Below are positions 32,530-47,387 of a stretch of 64,000 nucleotides of DNA, piece by piece. The first letter of the stretch is position 1. Each line of letters opens with the position of its first letter. The stretch comes from Eledone cirrhosa (lineage: Eukaryota): assembly GCA_964016885.1 (NCBI GenBank), contig OZ024741.1:97960001-98024000 (forward strand). The letters run 5' to 3'. Below the pieces are notes generated by a model, which ran no database searches, was not told where the DNA came from, and was given only the letters and a program-made list of their open reading frames with translations. The translations under genes were made by a program, and so were the position numbers.

Positions 32530-33890
32530 AACCGAGGTGAAACTATATATGCAAAGATCAAATGTGTAGAGAATTCTGTATGATAGTATAACAATCGCCA
32601 AGTCTTTCCAGAGTTAACTCAATGTATTTATGTTTTATTATGGTCTGGAGAAAATGTAGATTTTGTTATGGAAAATAAATGGTAGACATATACTAAAGCT
32701 ATGTGCACTATTATAAATTTTGATGTTACCTTGTGGACTAGAGTCAAAAGGCCAAACAACATCGACATAATTATGGGGTCCAGTGGCTCTGCACAAGTCA
32801 CTCTTTAGGTTTTATCTACTTACTACATAGACTCAAGGAAGAGATTCCTTCTCTACAGGGCGGTGTGTGTAGAGACGACGATCTATTTCCTAAGGACTAT
32901 GAAAAATTGAAATTATTAATAAGTATTTACATAGGTTTTTTCAAAAATGTTGGACTCCCATATCTATTTAATCTTATAGAGTGATGAACTTTCTAGACCC
33001 CCCATGTTTGAACTTGATACTAGAGTATACATCACTAACACTAGCCAGAGGAGTTTATATTCTATGTAAATGGATTATCAGAACCTCCTAGGTCTATTAT
33101 TAACTCAAATGTTGTGGGAGGAGTGTCCCATAACATTTCCAAACAATCTACAAATGAAGATATGTTTAATGACTCCGCCTTATATTACAATGAATGTCAG
33201 GATATATTAGTAAATATTTTACATCCTGAATAGGATTTCTACGCATTTCTTTAATACTTCTAATATTATTACACACAGTAGTAAACGTAGTAATAATAAT
33301 TATGATATTAATAATAAAGTGTGGGTATTAATGAAAAAATTAATAAATTTTCGAATATAAAAATAAACTTATTAAATATCCCAAAATCTATGTCTAGGAA
33401 TAACTTTAAAATCCTTATTCCCAACCCTCTAAATAATAGAAATAAATATTTAGGCTTATTACTTACTCCTAACTATACATCGAAATAATAATCCTAGACA
33501 TTAAATTTAAACAAAAATGAATACCTTACTAAATATATATTTTGATAGCGTAATTATAGCAACATAACGAATTAGCATCCAATATATTTCCCCCATAAAT
33601 AGTAAGGATAATTAGCGAAGACGAAATATTCCGTGCTTTAATCCACACAACGAACAAAATGTAGCTTTAAATATACCTAAAATATTCTTTAGTTTTTTGG
33701 AAAAAATTGTTCCACTTAACCATACATATCAGAAATGAATCAATAAAAAAAAATTGTTATGTTGACTTTTTTAACAACTCCTAACTTTGATGGTTATATA
33801 GCATTCAACACGCATCATAAACTTTCTAAACATAGCCCCTCTATAAACAATATTAATAGAATTCAATATAATCTGCTTAAAATTAATATG
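32530..33890 (+). pseudogene. Highly decayed PLE RT remnant (PLE-4), related to the 59-60 kb element
   Basis: Hand translation gives IYLLHRLKEEIPSLQGGVCRDDDLF (GLYRDDGL-type motif), MNFLD, YVNGLSEPPRSII..STNEDMFNDSALYYN, RRRNIPCFNP..LNIPKIFFSFL. Confidence 0.75.
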
Positions 33891-33896
33891 GTATAA

Positions 33897-34654
33897 GAAT
33901 TGTTTCTAATTTTGGCACCAGGCCAGCAATTATCACAGTGGATTACTGGTACTTTATTTTATCGACCCCGTAAGGATGAAAGGCAAAGTTAACCTCGGCG
34001 GGATTTGAACTCAGATCATAAGGGGAGGTAACTCTATGCTTCAAAGCATGGCGCTTGACCCTCTATCGATACTGCCAATATGGTATAATAATTGTTTCTA
34101 CTATTGGCACAAGGCCAGCAATTACCCAGTGCATTACTGGTACTTTATTTTATCGACCCCGTAAGGATGAAAGGCAAAGTCAACGTCGCCGGGATTTGAA
34201 CGCATAATAATGCACTGTAAAAACATAATAGTCCGTTAGTTCAAATATTGGAGGCACAGCGTATCTATTTAGGACCCGATATCATTTCCATTTGAAGTTG
34301 TTTAAAAAACGATAAGCTTAAGACTACTACCACCTCAGCAAGGTATATGACTAGTCTGATCAAGCATATACCTAACTACAATCCCTAATGTGAGATATTA
34401 GATAAGGCTATCCCATAAGTAATTAACTGTGCACATCACCTTTTCTTATTCGTTCTTTAATAAGTTATATAATTGTTTCTACTTTTGGGACAAGGCCAGC
34501 AATTATCTCAGTGTATTACTGGTACTTTATTTTATCGACCCCGTAAGGATGAAAGGTAAAGTTAACCTCGGCGGGATTTGAACTCAATCCGTAAAGGGAC
34601 GTAACTGTGCTGCAAAGCATGGCGTCCGACCCTCTACCGATACTCCCAATCCAC
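33897..34654 (-). mobile_element. Cluster of three SINE copies (33897-34079, 34088-34203 partial, 34470-34654)
   Basis: Reverse-complement matches to the SINE consensus. Confidence 0.85.
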
Positions 34655-34719
34655 AATCCCATCTACTTGCTCTGCTTTTTTCCATTTTATATATATACAT
34701 TGATATATATATATACAGC

Positions 34720-35532
34720 TCGACTCCTTTCTCTCCTTCTTCTGCTCCTTCCACCCCTCCCTCCACTTCACCACCTCTATCTCCACCACCCACGTCCACT
34801 TCTTAGACATCTCCGTCGCCACCACTCCCTCGTCACCACCGCCTTCTTCAAACCCACCGACTCCCACTCCTACCTCGACTTCACCTCCTCCCACCTTACA
34901 CACACTAAACACTATCCCCTACTCCCAACTCCTCAGGATCCACCGCCTCTGTAGCCGAGATGCAGACTTTGAGTCCCAATCCTTTTCCCTAGTCAGCCAT
35001 TTCATCCGCAGAGATTACCCCACCCCCCCTCGTCCACACTTCCCTCAATCGCGCCTGTGCTGTCCACCGCTCCACCACCCTCACCCCCACGCCACCGCAC
35101 ACCCACCCACCGTCTCCCCTTCCACATCACCTACAACCTCTACACCGCACCATTCTCCGCCTCTTCCGACGTCTCCAGTCCGACCCCTCCACTTCCCACA
35201 TCTTCCCATCGCCCCCACTCCCCTCCTTCAAACGCGCACGCAATCTCCGCACCCTCCTCGTCCGCACCCCCCCCCCAGGTTCCCTTCCCTGTTCCAGTCC
35301 TCGTTGCAACACCTGGCCCCACATATATTTATTTTTATTTGTACCCCTTCCACCGTTTTTCCTCCCCCCGTTTTTTCTAAATGTCTCTCCTCCACTCCCC
35401 CACACACCCTCGGAACTCTCTTACCACACACCTTTCGCCTGAAGAAGGGCTTATGCCCGAAACGTCGTCCTCCCCACTCTCAAGAGCGTGAAACTAATAA
35501 ACCTTTGTTCGTACTACCTCTCTGCTTTGTTC
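34720..35532 (+). mobile_element. C-rich PLE 3' remnant (PLE-5) with pLTR
   Basis: FKPTDSHSYLDFTSSH..PYSQLLRIHRLCSRDADF thumb motif across a frameshift; downstream HHR. Confidence 0.8.
35436..35469 (+). ncRNA. Minimal hammerhead motif in PLE-5 pLTR
   Basis: CTGAAGA-A-GGGC(TTAT)GCCC-GAAA-CG-TC, the classic PLE-type minimal HHR; stem I poorly paired. Confidence 0.65.
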
Positions 35533-35732
35533 NNNNNNNNNNNNNNNNNNNNNNNNNNNNNNNNNNNNNNNNNNNNNNNNNNNNNNNNNNNNNNNNNNNN
35601 NNNNNNNNNNNNNNNNNNNNNNNNNNNNNNNNNNNNNNNNNNNNNNNNNNNNNNNNNNNNNNNNNNNNNNNNNNNNNNNNNNNNNNNNNNNNNNNNNNNN
35701 NNNNNNNNNNNNNNNNNNNNNNNNNNNNNNNN
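35533..35732. other. Assembly gap (200 N)
   Basis: Run of N. Confidence 1.
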
Positions 35733-35999
35733 CATCGCCGTCCTCCCGATGACGACTACCTAGCCTCCATACAACTAGCTTCCATTTTCAACTCATTATC
35801 ACTATTACTACCTCTCCACCATAACCAAATACGAACGTACCACACCCTCACCAACAACACCAGCTTTTCAATAAACAACTGCTGACTTCCTCAACCAGAA
35901 TCTTCAACCCTTCCACAAACATTAACAACATCACCAGCACCACATTTACCATTAAAACTACCCGTAACACCAACTCTAACTACATTGCAACCACCACGC

Positions 36000-37380
36000 A
36001 TTATGATTACCGCCACTACTATTACCACTACCACAAGTAGTGTCACCACTTCCATTACCACTACCACCACTACTATCCCCACAACCACCTCCACTACTAT
36101 CCCGACACCATCTCCACTACTACCAGTTCTATCTCCACAAGCATCACCTTTACCACAACTACTATCCCCACTATCACCGCTCCCGCCACTACTATACCCA
36201 CTACAATCACCACTATCACCACTACCACCACTACCGCCACCACTAACACCATTACCAGCGTTACTATCACCCCTGATATTACCACCACTAATATAGTATT
36301 ATCATCTTTACCACCACTATCACCACTCTCACCACTATCACCAATACCAACACTATCACCACTACCTCCTCTACGGTCACCACTACTACCACCACTGCTA
36401 TCCCTACTATCATCTCCATACCACCATTAATAACCCCACTACCATCACCACCATCACCATTACCACCACTACTACCACCACTACTACCACCGCTACTACC
36501 ACAACTACTATCCCTACTACCATCTCCATACCACCATTAATAACGCCACTACCATCACCACCATCACCACTACCACCACTACTACCACCACTACTACCAC
36601 AACTACCATCTCCATACCACCATTACTAACCCCACTACCATCACCACCATTACCACCATCACCACTACCACCACTACTACCACCACTACTACCACAACTA
36701 CCATCTCCATACCACCATTACTAACCCCACTACTATCACCACCATCACCACCATCACCACTACCACCACTACTACCACCACTACCACCACTACTACCACC
36801 ATTACTACCACGACTACTATCCATACTACCATCGCCATACCACCATTACTAACCCCCACTACCATCACCACCATCACCACCATCACCACTACTACGACCA
36901 CTACTACCACAACTACCATCTCCATACCACCATTACTAACCCCACTACCATCACCACCATCACCACTATCGCCACTACTACCACCACTACTACCACTACT
37001 ACTACCACAACTACCATCTCCATACCACCATTCCTAACCCCACTACCATCACCACCATCACCACTACCACCACTACTACCACCACTACTACCACAACTAC
37101 TATCCCTACTACCATCTCCATACCACCATTACTAAGCCCACTACCATCACCACCATCACCACTACCATCACTACTACCACCACTACTACCACAACTACCA
37201 TCTCCATACCACCATTACTAACCCCACTACTATCACCACCATCACCACCATCACCACTACCACCACTACTACCACCACTACTACCACAACTACTATCCCT
37301 ACTACCATCTCCATACCACCATTACTAACCCCACCACCATCACCACTACTACTACAATTACCACCACCACTATCACTAAC
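36000..37380. repeat. ACC/ACT/ATC triplet-based low-complexity tract with a higher-order ~65-110 bp minisatellite
   Basis: ACTACCATCTCCATACCACCATTACTAACCCCACTACC recurs about 11 times between 36400 and 37340. Confidence 0.9.
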
Positions 37381-38942
37381 GCCTCCCTTCCAAGGTTAAT
37401 GAGTACTCCCTTGCCATTCCGGAAATAATATTTCAAAGCAAACATTCTGTTGCTAAATACCGACTTCTCTTGGTATTGTATCGTTTCTAGTCATATTGTA
37501 GGTTGTGGTGGCGGCGTGCTATCATTGTGATGGTCATAGTGGTAAGGTTGTATAATTGTAGTGGTGATGGTAGTGGTGTGATGATGGTGTTAGTGTGGTG
37601 GCGATAACACTGTAATTAGGGTGGTAGTCTGTGGCGATGGTGGTGTTATGGTGGTGGATGTAGTGTTCTTGGGAGTAGGGTGATGGTGGTGGTGTTGTAA
37701 GGGGTGTGGTTGTGTTTTTGGTAGTAGTGCTAGTTGTCCTCCCCGTGTTTAGTAAAGGGATCTTGATGGTGGCAGTGTAATTTTCGTGGTAGTATTTTGT
37801 TATTGTTGTTCTTTTCTCAATGGTGTTGGTTGTGCTGCTGCTGTTGTTGTAGCTGATGGTGTTGGTATTGCTGATGGGGGTCGGAGCATTAGGTGTGGTC
37901 ATGGTGATGATGATGAGGTTGCTGGTCGTTGTTGTAATGTAGCTGACGTTACTTGGCGTAAAGAATTTGGTGTTAGTGGCGGTAATAACGGTACTGGCGG
38001 TGCTGGGAATAGCGTGTATGTTTTTATGGCGTTAATGGCCCTTGTTTATGCTTTAGTAGGTTATGAGCATTTCAGCCATGACCAGCCTGTCTTTTATTGT
38101 TTTTTAGATAGATTTAATTTAGGATCATAGCTATTGTGACCATTTTATTATCAGATTGCTATTTCTAGCAGATCGAATGACAACACAGAGGATGCTGCTT
38201 TGGAAAGTATTATTATTGTTGTTTCTGTTATTCGATTTTAATGTTGTAGCTCTTAATATTGATATCGCTTTAGTTCCAGCTATTGTTAAATCCGTTGCAT
38301 TTGCTATCTACTACATTGCTGATGTTTGGCTGTTGTTGTTGCTCTCGTTTTTATTATTTATTCATTTTTATTTTGTTATTGCTATTATTGATATTTCCAT
38401 TATTATTATTCGTAATTAGAATGATGCATTTGAAGTATCGGTTGGGCATCGGAAAAAATTATTTGCAGTATTGAGTTAGGAGTTTCTACATTCTAAGCTC
38501 AAGCCCAGCTGAGGCCCGGTCGATAAAATATAGAACCAGGCAAGCACTGAGATCAATATAATTGACTTTTCCCTTGCTGGACTTGTGCGAATGCTAGAAA
38601 GAAACATTGTTATTTTAGGCAATGCATTGGAAAAAATCTTAGGACGTCAGAGAAAATGTTTCCCGTTATTTCTTCCGGGTTCAAATCGCACAGAATTAGC
38701 TTTGATTTCACCCAATCAAGTGCAGGCTCAATATAAAATGTACCAGTATTGGTAGTCAACACCACTCCAAAATTGCTGGTCGTGGTCCTAAACCCATTCA
38801 TTATATTGTTAGTTATGGCTCTTTGGAAACACGGAAGGGCATTGATTCGCAGAATCGTTGGAGTTTTGCACTAAATAATTAAACCTTTTTTCCGTTCTAA
38901 CTTCGAATCCCACCGAGGGCAACTTTACCTTTCTGTCTTCCA

Positions 38943-39463
38943 TCTATATATATATAACTGAGGATGTCTGTCTGTGTGTGTGTGAGTTTGAATCCTTAAA
39001 ACTTGAGAACCACCCAACCGACTGTTTTCAAACTTTAAACAAGTAATACTTATCTTTTAGGGAGTGTTCTGAGCAAAAAAAAATTCAAATTTTCAATGCC
39101 CTAGGGACCAAAGAAAATCCAACTTGTTTATGGCCTAGGGCCGGCATTAGGTGAAAAACTTCATTTTTTCAGCTTTTTAGGGCTTTTTTTGGAGGCGTTA
39201 CGTCGAGCCAATTTTCCCGAAATTTCAAGACATATTATGCATATAAATAATTCATTTTCTTGATCCCCTAGGGTCTGCATTAAGTGAAAACCTACATTTT
39301 TCCTGCTTCATCGAGGAAAATCTTAAAGATTATCCAGACATCAGAGTATTCGGTTTATTTTCTTTACATATTGTCCACGCATGCAGTTTTTCCACGATTA
39401 GATCTGTTGGCGGCCCGCGTTCCAAAATACCTTATCCCGTGCAACGCCGGGTACCACTGCTAG
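38943..39463 (+). mobile_element. Non-autonomous Helitron inserted into an old SINE
   Basis: 5' TCTATATAT; 3' hairpin CCCGTGCAACGCCGGG then CTAG; inserted between A and T; the flanks rejoin into the SINE motif ..CTTCCA|TGGTCGATAAAATAA. Confidence 0.85.
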
Positions 39464-39475
39464 TGGTCGATAAAA

Positions 39476-39661
39476 TAATTGTTTCTACTTTTGGCGCAAG
39501 ACCATCAATTTCCACAGTGCATTACTGATGCTTATTTTATCCACCACGTAAGGATGAAAGGCAAAGTTAACTTCAGCGGGATTTGAACTCAGAACGTAAA
39601 AAGCCATAACTCTATGCAGCAAAGCATGGTGGCTGACGCTCTACCAATACTGATGCCAATC
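39476..39661 (-). mobile_element. tRNA-derived SINE copy
   Basis: Reverse complement of the consensus. Confidence 0.8.
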
Positions 39662-41592
39662 ACGTAGTGAGTCTATGTAATGAACTTTCCCCTCCCACCA
39701 AATTGCTGGTCTTGTACCAAAATGGGAAACCTGTATTTTGCCTTTACTAATGCACTTTGTGCTGTTGTTGCTATTATGTTCACAATAGTTCTCTTGGTGA
39801 TTGCTATTGTTGTTAATATTGTTTGTTGTTAATGCTGTTGCTATAATTTAGGTTTTGTTGATGTCCACGTTGTTAATATTTCTTTTACTATTATTAATAC
39901 CCATGTTATTGTTATCTATATTACACATGTTTTTATTTGAAGTACTGTTGCTATTGTTGATACTCTCGTTGTTGGTATAGTTCATTCAAATCTTTTGCTA
40001 TTGTTGCTGTTCCTTTTAGTCAGATTTCTCGCAGTAAATCATTGTTGCTATATTTAATGCTCTAAATTTTATTATAGGCAAAGTTGCTATTTTTGATTCG
40101 GTAATTCCTGTTGTAATCACTGCTGCTATTGTAGGAATGATGTTTTAATTCTGATTGTAATCACTGTTGCTATGCTTGAATGTCTAATAGATTCTGTACT
40201 CACATTGCTATTTTGGATTCTGAAATACTTGCTGTAATAATTGCTGTTATTGTTGCTGTGATGCCTTTATTCTGTGTGTAATCGCTGCAGCTATTGTTGA
40301 TGCTACTATTATTGTTCATGTTGTTGATGTACTTCGTGTTACTTTTCTAACTAGAGTCGCATTTCTTTTTGCTGTAACCCTTTCAGTAAATCCTTGCTTG
40401 ATGCTCTTCTTATTTTTTGTTGCTCTAGTTCTATCGTTAGTTATTGTTGCATCTATTGTAGTCGTTCTTCTTATTGATTTCTACAGTTGTTATTCTTGTT
40501 TACTCCAGATCCTGCTTTATTTATTCATAACATCCTACTGTTGCTGTTATTGTGGTTTTGGTAGCAGTTTTAGTTTTGTTGTAATTGTTTTTATTGTTTC
40601 TGTTGTTCATATCATTCTGTTTTTTATTAGTATTTGGTTTACTGATGGTTTTCTTACTCTAATTAATGCTACCGTCATAGTTACTGTGTTTAGTGTTGAT
40701 GTTTTTGTTGTTGATATTTTTGTTGTTGGTGTTGATGTTGATGTTGATGTTGTTTATGGTGATATGGAGATGATAATATTCTTGCTGTTCTTTAGTTTTA
40801 GGTGAACTGTGAACGATCAACATATGAACTAAGAAATTTCAGACAGAACAAAATCGTCTTATATTCACATGTTGTATTTAGAACTACTACATTACCTGGC
40901 GAGGCACTCCACTGTTTTTTAAAGATGGTATAGTATGGTTTCAGATATGTTTCTGTCAATGGTTTGTTTCTGATGTCTTTCTGATGTTCCTGTTGTTGCT
41001 CTTATTGATTCGCTCAGAGCCAACTCTAGTGGAACATAGCTGTGATTAAATTAATTCCACTCTGAATATTCCATTATTCCTATGCGTCATGTTTTAATGA
41101 GGTTCAGTGGGTTCTGATGGAGATTTGGCTGTTATTTCGTGGAGATCACGTGATCCCCTAAGTATGTCCTCGTTGTCAAATTCGTATTGACAGAGTTACC
41201 ATGTATCATTCACTTAATTTTCGTTAGTGTTCTTGTTTCTGTAAATACATTCCTTGTATAGCGATTGTCTTTGCTGGTAGTGATGGTGCTAATGCTGTTG
41301 TTATTGAGCCCTAGGTCAGCCCTCGAGTGTAGACCAATATTCGAAATGTTTTCAGTTATATTTTACATATCCAGTATTGCATTCTACATCATCCCATGTG
41401 TCTACTCTTTATTTAACAGGGTAGTTTGATTTAATGGTAGTTGGCATGAAGAGCGAAAAGGAATATGTTATTTCTTCGGCTCGGTTAAGTTTCTGAATGG
41501 ATTAAGTGATGTTGATCCTCTTGTCTTCGTTGTAGTTAGTGTTATTTATATTTGTTGCTGTTGCTACTTGTGTGTTATTTTTGTTTATTATT

Positions 41593-42010
41593 GGTGAATT
41601 GGCACTACTGGTATATCGTCAGACACGATGCTATGCAGCATAGAATTATGGCCCTTTTACGTCCTGAGTTCAAATCCGGCCGAGGCTAACTTTGCCTTTC
41701 ATCCTTATGGGGTCGATAAAATAAAGTACCAGTAATGCACTGGGATAATTGCAGGCCTTGTGCCAAAAGTTTAAATAATTATTAAAACTATGTGCAGGGC
41801 TGTGGATTAGTGGAATCGTTATAGTGTCGGACAAATGCTGTGCAGTATTGTGTCGAGCTTTTTATCTTCTAATGTCAAATAGCGCCGAGGTCAAATTTTC
41901 CTTTCATCCATACAGGATCGATATAAAAAAAGGACCATGAAGCACTGGTATCGATGTAATCTACTTAACCTACTCTCTACAGTTGCAGCCCCTGTGCCTA
42001 TATTGGAAAT
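41593..42010 (+). mobile_element. Two SINE copies (41593-41782 and a decayed one at ~41800-42010)
   Basis: Consensus matches. Confidence 0.75.
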
Positions 42011-42535
42011 CTTTATCACAACTGTATTTTTAGTTTTTTGTTATTGCTATTTGTTAATTTTTTGTTATTGCTCTTGTGATTGTTTATTTTGTTGTCTCAT
42101 TTTATTTTTTTCACTATAGGTTATTTATTTGTTGTTGTAGTTGTTGCTGTTGTTGCTGAGTATGTTGTAAGCTGTTATTTGTTTGGTGTTGGTTGTTATA
42201 TTTGTATAGTGATTATCTTAGTGATGTATATATAGTTAATTTTATCGAATGTTTCCTTCCCTCTCCTATTGTTGTTGTTGTTGTTGTTAAGTATGATGCT
42301 GCGGCTTGTTTTGTTGTGGGTCTTGTAACAATAGTTAATGCTGCTGTTGTTATTACAACCATTGTAATTATTAGTTTTTTTTGTTTTTCTTTTTCGAAAT
42401 GTATATTGTTGTTCACGATGATGATGCTTATGATGTAGTTGGTGATGTTATTGTTTCCATTGCTGCCATAGATATTGCTACATTCTTTGTTGTTGCAGTG
42501 GGTTGGAAGTTGCGATAGGGTGGCCTACTTCATCA

Positions 42536-42570
<35 letters not shown>

Positions 42571-43313
42571 ATAACGACATCGATGACGATGATGAGGAAT
42601 ATGATGATACTGATGACTACGAAGATGAGAATGATTATGATGATGACGATGATGTTGATGATGATGATGATGATGATCTTGTTATTGTTGTTGTTATGAT
42701 TTATTCGTTCTCTGCTGGAGGGTTTTTACGATGTTGTTGTTTTTGTTTATATTATCGCATTTGCTAATGGTTATTTTTTTCCACTATTGTATTCGATCAA
42801 CATTCAAACATCATCAACCCTACTCCCTTCCACTTCAGTGTCTCATTAATTGAAATGAAAATAAAAGAATCGAAGTTAAGGGCAGGGTGAACGTCAAACT
42901 AATCAAAGCATTCAACTGTGTGTTTGTGTGTGTATACGTTTGCATGCTTGTTTAGATGTATGTGTGTGTTTAGGAGTGTTTGTATATATGTATTTGTGAG
43001 TATTTGTTTGGTTATGTGTGCGTGTTATATTTTCAGAACCGCATGTATTTATGTGAACTGTTTATATGTTTGTATGTATATAGGTATGGGAATATATAAG
43101 TATAATTGTGTATGTATATGTGTGTATCTATCAACATGTGTGTGTACAAATGTCTCTGGTATATTGTGAGTCTTTCTATGTGCATGCATATATATATATG
43201 ACTTTGAACGTCTGAATGTTTATATATACATGCATGCCTATATTTCTATGTATAAGTGTAGCAATGTCGACATATACGTTTATATATATATATATGTAGT
43301 TGTGTAAATATTG

Positions 43314-43373
<60 letters not shown>

Positions 43374-44051
43374 TTCGGTGTGTATCTCGTTGTGTATTTA
43401 TGTACATTGAAAATGCCGTGTTATATGTGTGTGTTTGTGTGAGTGTGTTTATGTTTGTGTATGCATGTTTGTGTGTGAGTGTATTTATGTTTGTGTGAGT
43501 ATGATATGTATAACAACAGAAACAGCGTTTTTTTAAGCAAGCCATATTAAATGCACGACTCTTCAACAGTGAAGTCTATTTTGTTTGGGATTTTTCATAT
43601 TTCTTTATATTTTTAGGTTTCGTTCCTAAATACACATCGGGACATTCACCGCCTCAGTTTCTGAATAACAATGTATGTATTACTAGCATATTGATCACGT
43701 GTTTTGCAGAGGTTGCATAAGAGAGTAGAAGTTGTAATAAAATCATGAATATACATAAAGATATATAACTTTAATAGGATCTTGTCTTACCTAACTTAAT
43801 GGCACCATCGGGGCAGATTTATTCCACATTAAAATCATATTAAGGTACACCGTAGCTCATTCCTGCAGGTAGTTCTTCTTGGTCAACAGATATCTAGTAT
43901 TTCATCGAGTAATTTGTCCATGTCCCTTTTGGAGTTCATGGGATATAATTATTCCATAATATATAGGATGTTAAAACATGCAGAGACAGTTGGGCGCTAT
44001 ATATATGCGGCAATGTAATTTGAGCGGGACGATTCTAGGGTCCGTTTACAT

Positions 44052-44117
<66 letters not shown>

Positions 44118-45492
44118 ACACTTTAACAGCCGATACCTGAACGTGTGTATACAATTTTGTGACATCCTGTGTATATATATTTAGGGGGAGTGAGAAAGAG
44201 CTTGTGATTATATGGATTAGTAGTTCGGGATTTTGAGGATTCTCGATCTTATGGTTGTTTGTTGGATTCCTAGACCGAGTGCCACGTTATGTTGCGCACC
44301 AGGAAACTTCAATTATCTTTGCTCTAGTCCACTCAGCTGGCAAGAAAATAATAAGAAAATAGTACGAATCGCTGCTATCGGTTAATCCTGTCAATGAATT
44401 GTGTGTCTGTGTATGAATTGTGTGTCTGTGAAGAAAGGAGAATGTAATTCAGTTTTTCTTATGAAATAATCTAGAGCTAACTGTGAGTAAGAATGTGAGA
44501 TTATTTCATCGCATCTTTAAACGAGTCGTAATATATAATTTACATCACCGCCTTCCATGCATTGCTTGCCGTTGATATCAATGTTGTTGACGAAATATTA
44601 AATACTACGGACATATATTACGAAATAAATAAACGAGTCATAATATCATGATTACTAATATTTGAGGGATTAGGGATAAATGGTGAAGTGTTAAGCACGA
44701 TGTCTTGCAGTATTTTGTAACACCCCTTTCATGGCTTCATATCTTCTTTGATAAGTGTGAGATTAGATTTTGTCTGATGGACTTTTCAACAAAAGTCAGG
44801 TAAAATTTCATTAAGAGAGTAATGGGTTTCAAATCCTTTCCGAGGCCGATAAAATACAGTACCCGTAATTTATAGGTGACTAATAATCGACCTCTACCTC
44901 TGCTCTAAAACGTTCTTGGACTTGTATCTAAATTGAAGCTAGTAGTGTAGTGTATTGTGATAATTAATAGACAGGTACCTGATTACATCTCTTTAACTTT
45001 TGAGTTCAAATTTCTCCGTTGTTTGTGATACACTTACATAGCACAATTTTACTTTACAATAATTCACATACATGTATCATTTATATGTAACCTGCTCTTA
45101 GATACCACAAACCACACAAGGAATAACAGAGAATGTGAAATGCAGCTTACGAGACCTTCGTCCTTCCCATACTAGCAAATCAAAATCTAATCTTTATACA
45201 GACAAAACAAAGGCAAATTTCAATATATATTTATAATACTCAAATTTGTTATATCATCCGTAATAACACCGTGATGATATTGCCAACATAGCTACAAACA
45301 CGAAGATTAGAGAAAAAATACGTTAATTCTTATTGGTTATTGATACGCGCATATACACACATAAACACTCTGTCGGTCTCTGTCTCTCTCTCTCTCTCTA
45401 TCTAAGAAAGATATCTATCTATCTATCTATCTATCTATCACCCCCTCTCTCTCTATCTCTCTATCTCTCTCTCTCTATATATATATATATAT

Positions 45493-45820
45493 TTAAAGGT
45501 TAAACAAGGTTGAATGAATAAATCAAAGAAAGAGTTTTACAATAGATTGGAAGCACTCAACAGCTATGATTTTCGGGAGTCATTAATATTAATTCAAAAT
45601 GTTAACAAAATAGATATTCTTGTAATCAAGTATATTTTATTATACATATTTCAGAGGTACTGAGTTAACTTCAGCGGTACGTCCTCATCAGATAAAATAA
45701 GTTGATGCATGACATACCCTGACATAGTAGATGATTAAGATTCAGTCATGGTAGAATATATATATATAAATATATAAAATAAAAAAATGTATATATATAA
45801 ACAAAATATATATATACGTA

Positions 45821-45895
<75 letters not shown>

Positions 45896-46172
45896 ATATA
45901 TATATGCATATATGTATGTATATATATATATGCATATATGTATGTATATATATATATGCATATATGTATGTATATATATATATGCATATATGTATGTATA
46001 TATATATATGCATATATGTATGTATATATATATATATGCATATATATATATATATATATGTATGCATACATATATATATATTTTGTTTATATATATATAT
46101 TTTTTTATTTTATATATTTATATATATATATATATATACTACCATGACTGAATCTTAACCATGTCAGGGTAT
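45493..46172 (-). mobile_element. pLTR-like HHR element with 5' inversion around a microsatellite
   Basis: Inverted repeat ~45714-45830 vs ~46055-46172 enclosing TA/TGCA repeats; minus-strand HHR downstream; ends at (TA)n. Confidence 0.65.
45633..45699 (-). ncRNA. Type I minimal hammerhead ribozyme (intact core)
   Basis: Minus strand TATTTTAT-CTGATGA-GGACGTAC..GTACCTCT-GAAA-TATGTA-TA-ATAAAATA; perfect 8-bp stem I. Confidence 0.85.
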
Positions 46173-46623
46173 ATATATATATGCATGTATATATATATAT
46201 GTGCGTGTGTGTGTATCTGTGTATCTGTGTGTTTGTGTGCGTGTATTCAAAAAGTGAGGGAAAGAGTACAGAATGGAATATTGAGGGAAAAGTGAGGAAA
46301 GACACACTCTCGCGTGGTACAGCCATAGTCCATACATTTTAAAACTCTTCTATGGCTAATAGAAAAGCTTCTCTTACTAGGAACTACCAAATTGCATACT
46401 ACATTCACCAATCAATTTCACATGCCTCATCTGACATTGTCGATGTTTCCCCTACCTTACTAAAAATATTATTTTGAATTGCTTCACTTCCTAAATTTTG
46501 ATGTAACATCCATTGCTTTGAGCTCCCCACATATTATCAATGGACTCAACATATTACGGCACGATTCTGTATTCTGCAATGTCGAGGCGGCTTGGGCTCA
46601 GCTGTCGGGGTCTTACTGGTTCC

Positions 46624-46646
<23 letters not shown>

Positions 46647-46654
<8 letters not shown>

Positions 46655-47387
46655 AAGTTTGTCCTCATCAATGGCCATCCAACCGTCGTAGGCATTTCGT
46701 CGCATTAAAGGCCATATACCTCAGGTTGGTGCGAGCAGCGGCTAAAAAAAAGTCGTTGGGACACGTAAATAAAGGGGATGCTAGGGTAAACAAACAAAAT
46801 GGTTTAAGCAGCAGAAAGTGATGAAGAAGGAAACAAGTCCCAGATTTCTATGAATATAAATTCGGTGGAATTGTGAACGAGAGAATAAAGTCCATCAAAC
46901 CTGGTTGAAATGTGAGCAAGGAAGGAATTTCGCACAGGTCTAACGGGAGGAAGAAGGGGTCTGGTTTGCGAATTCGGTAAACATAAGTTCTGTGAAGTCG
47001 CAGACGACAGAGACAGAGAGAAAAACAATTCATACCGGCTTGGCCAGGTGCCCGCCTGTGCGAAATTCCTTCCTTGCTCACATTTCAACCAGGTTTGATG
47101 GTCTTTATTCTCTCGTTCACGATTCCACCGAATTTATATTCATAGAAATCTGGGACTTGTTTCCTTCTTCATCACTTTCTGCTGCTTAAACCATTTTGTT
47201 TGTTTACCCTAGCGTCCCCTTTATTTACGTGTCCCAACGACATTTTTTTAGCCGTTGCTCGCACCAACCTGAGGTATATGGCCTTTAATGCGACGAAATG
47301 CCTACGACGGTTGGATGGCCACTGATGAGGACAAACTTTTTCATATGTAACCCATTTGCAGCGCCGCAGCTCCATTATTATCATATT

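Noticed and set aside
35891-38130. Thr/Pro/Val/Gly-rich mucin-like ORFs
   Set aside because: Products of ACC/ACT/GGT triplet repeats; frames are repeatedly interrupted and no splice context was seen.
39730-42720. Hydrophobic membrane-protein-like ORFs
   Set aside because: Derived from TTG/TTA/ATG-rich low-complexity sequence; short and not linked by splice signals.
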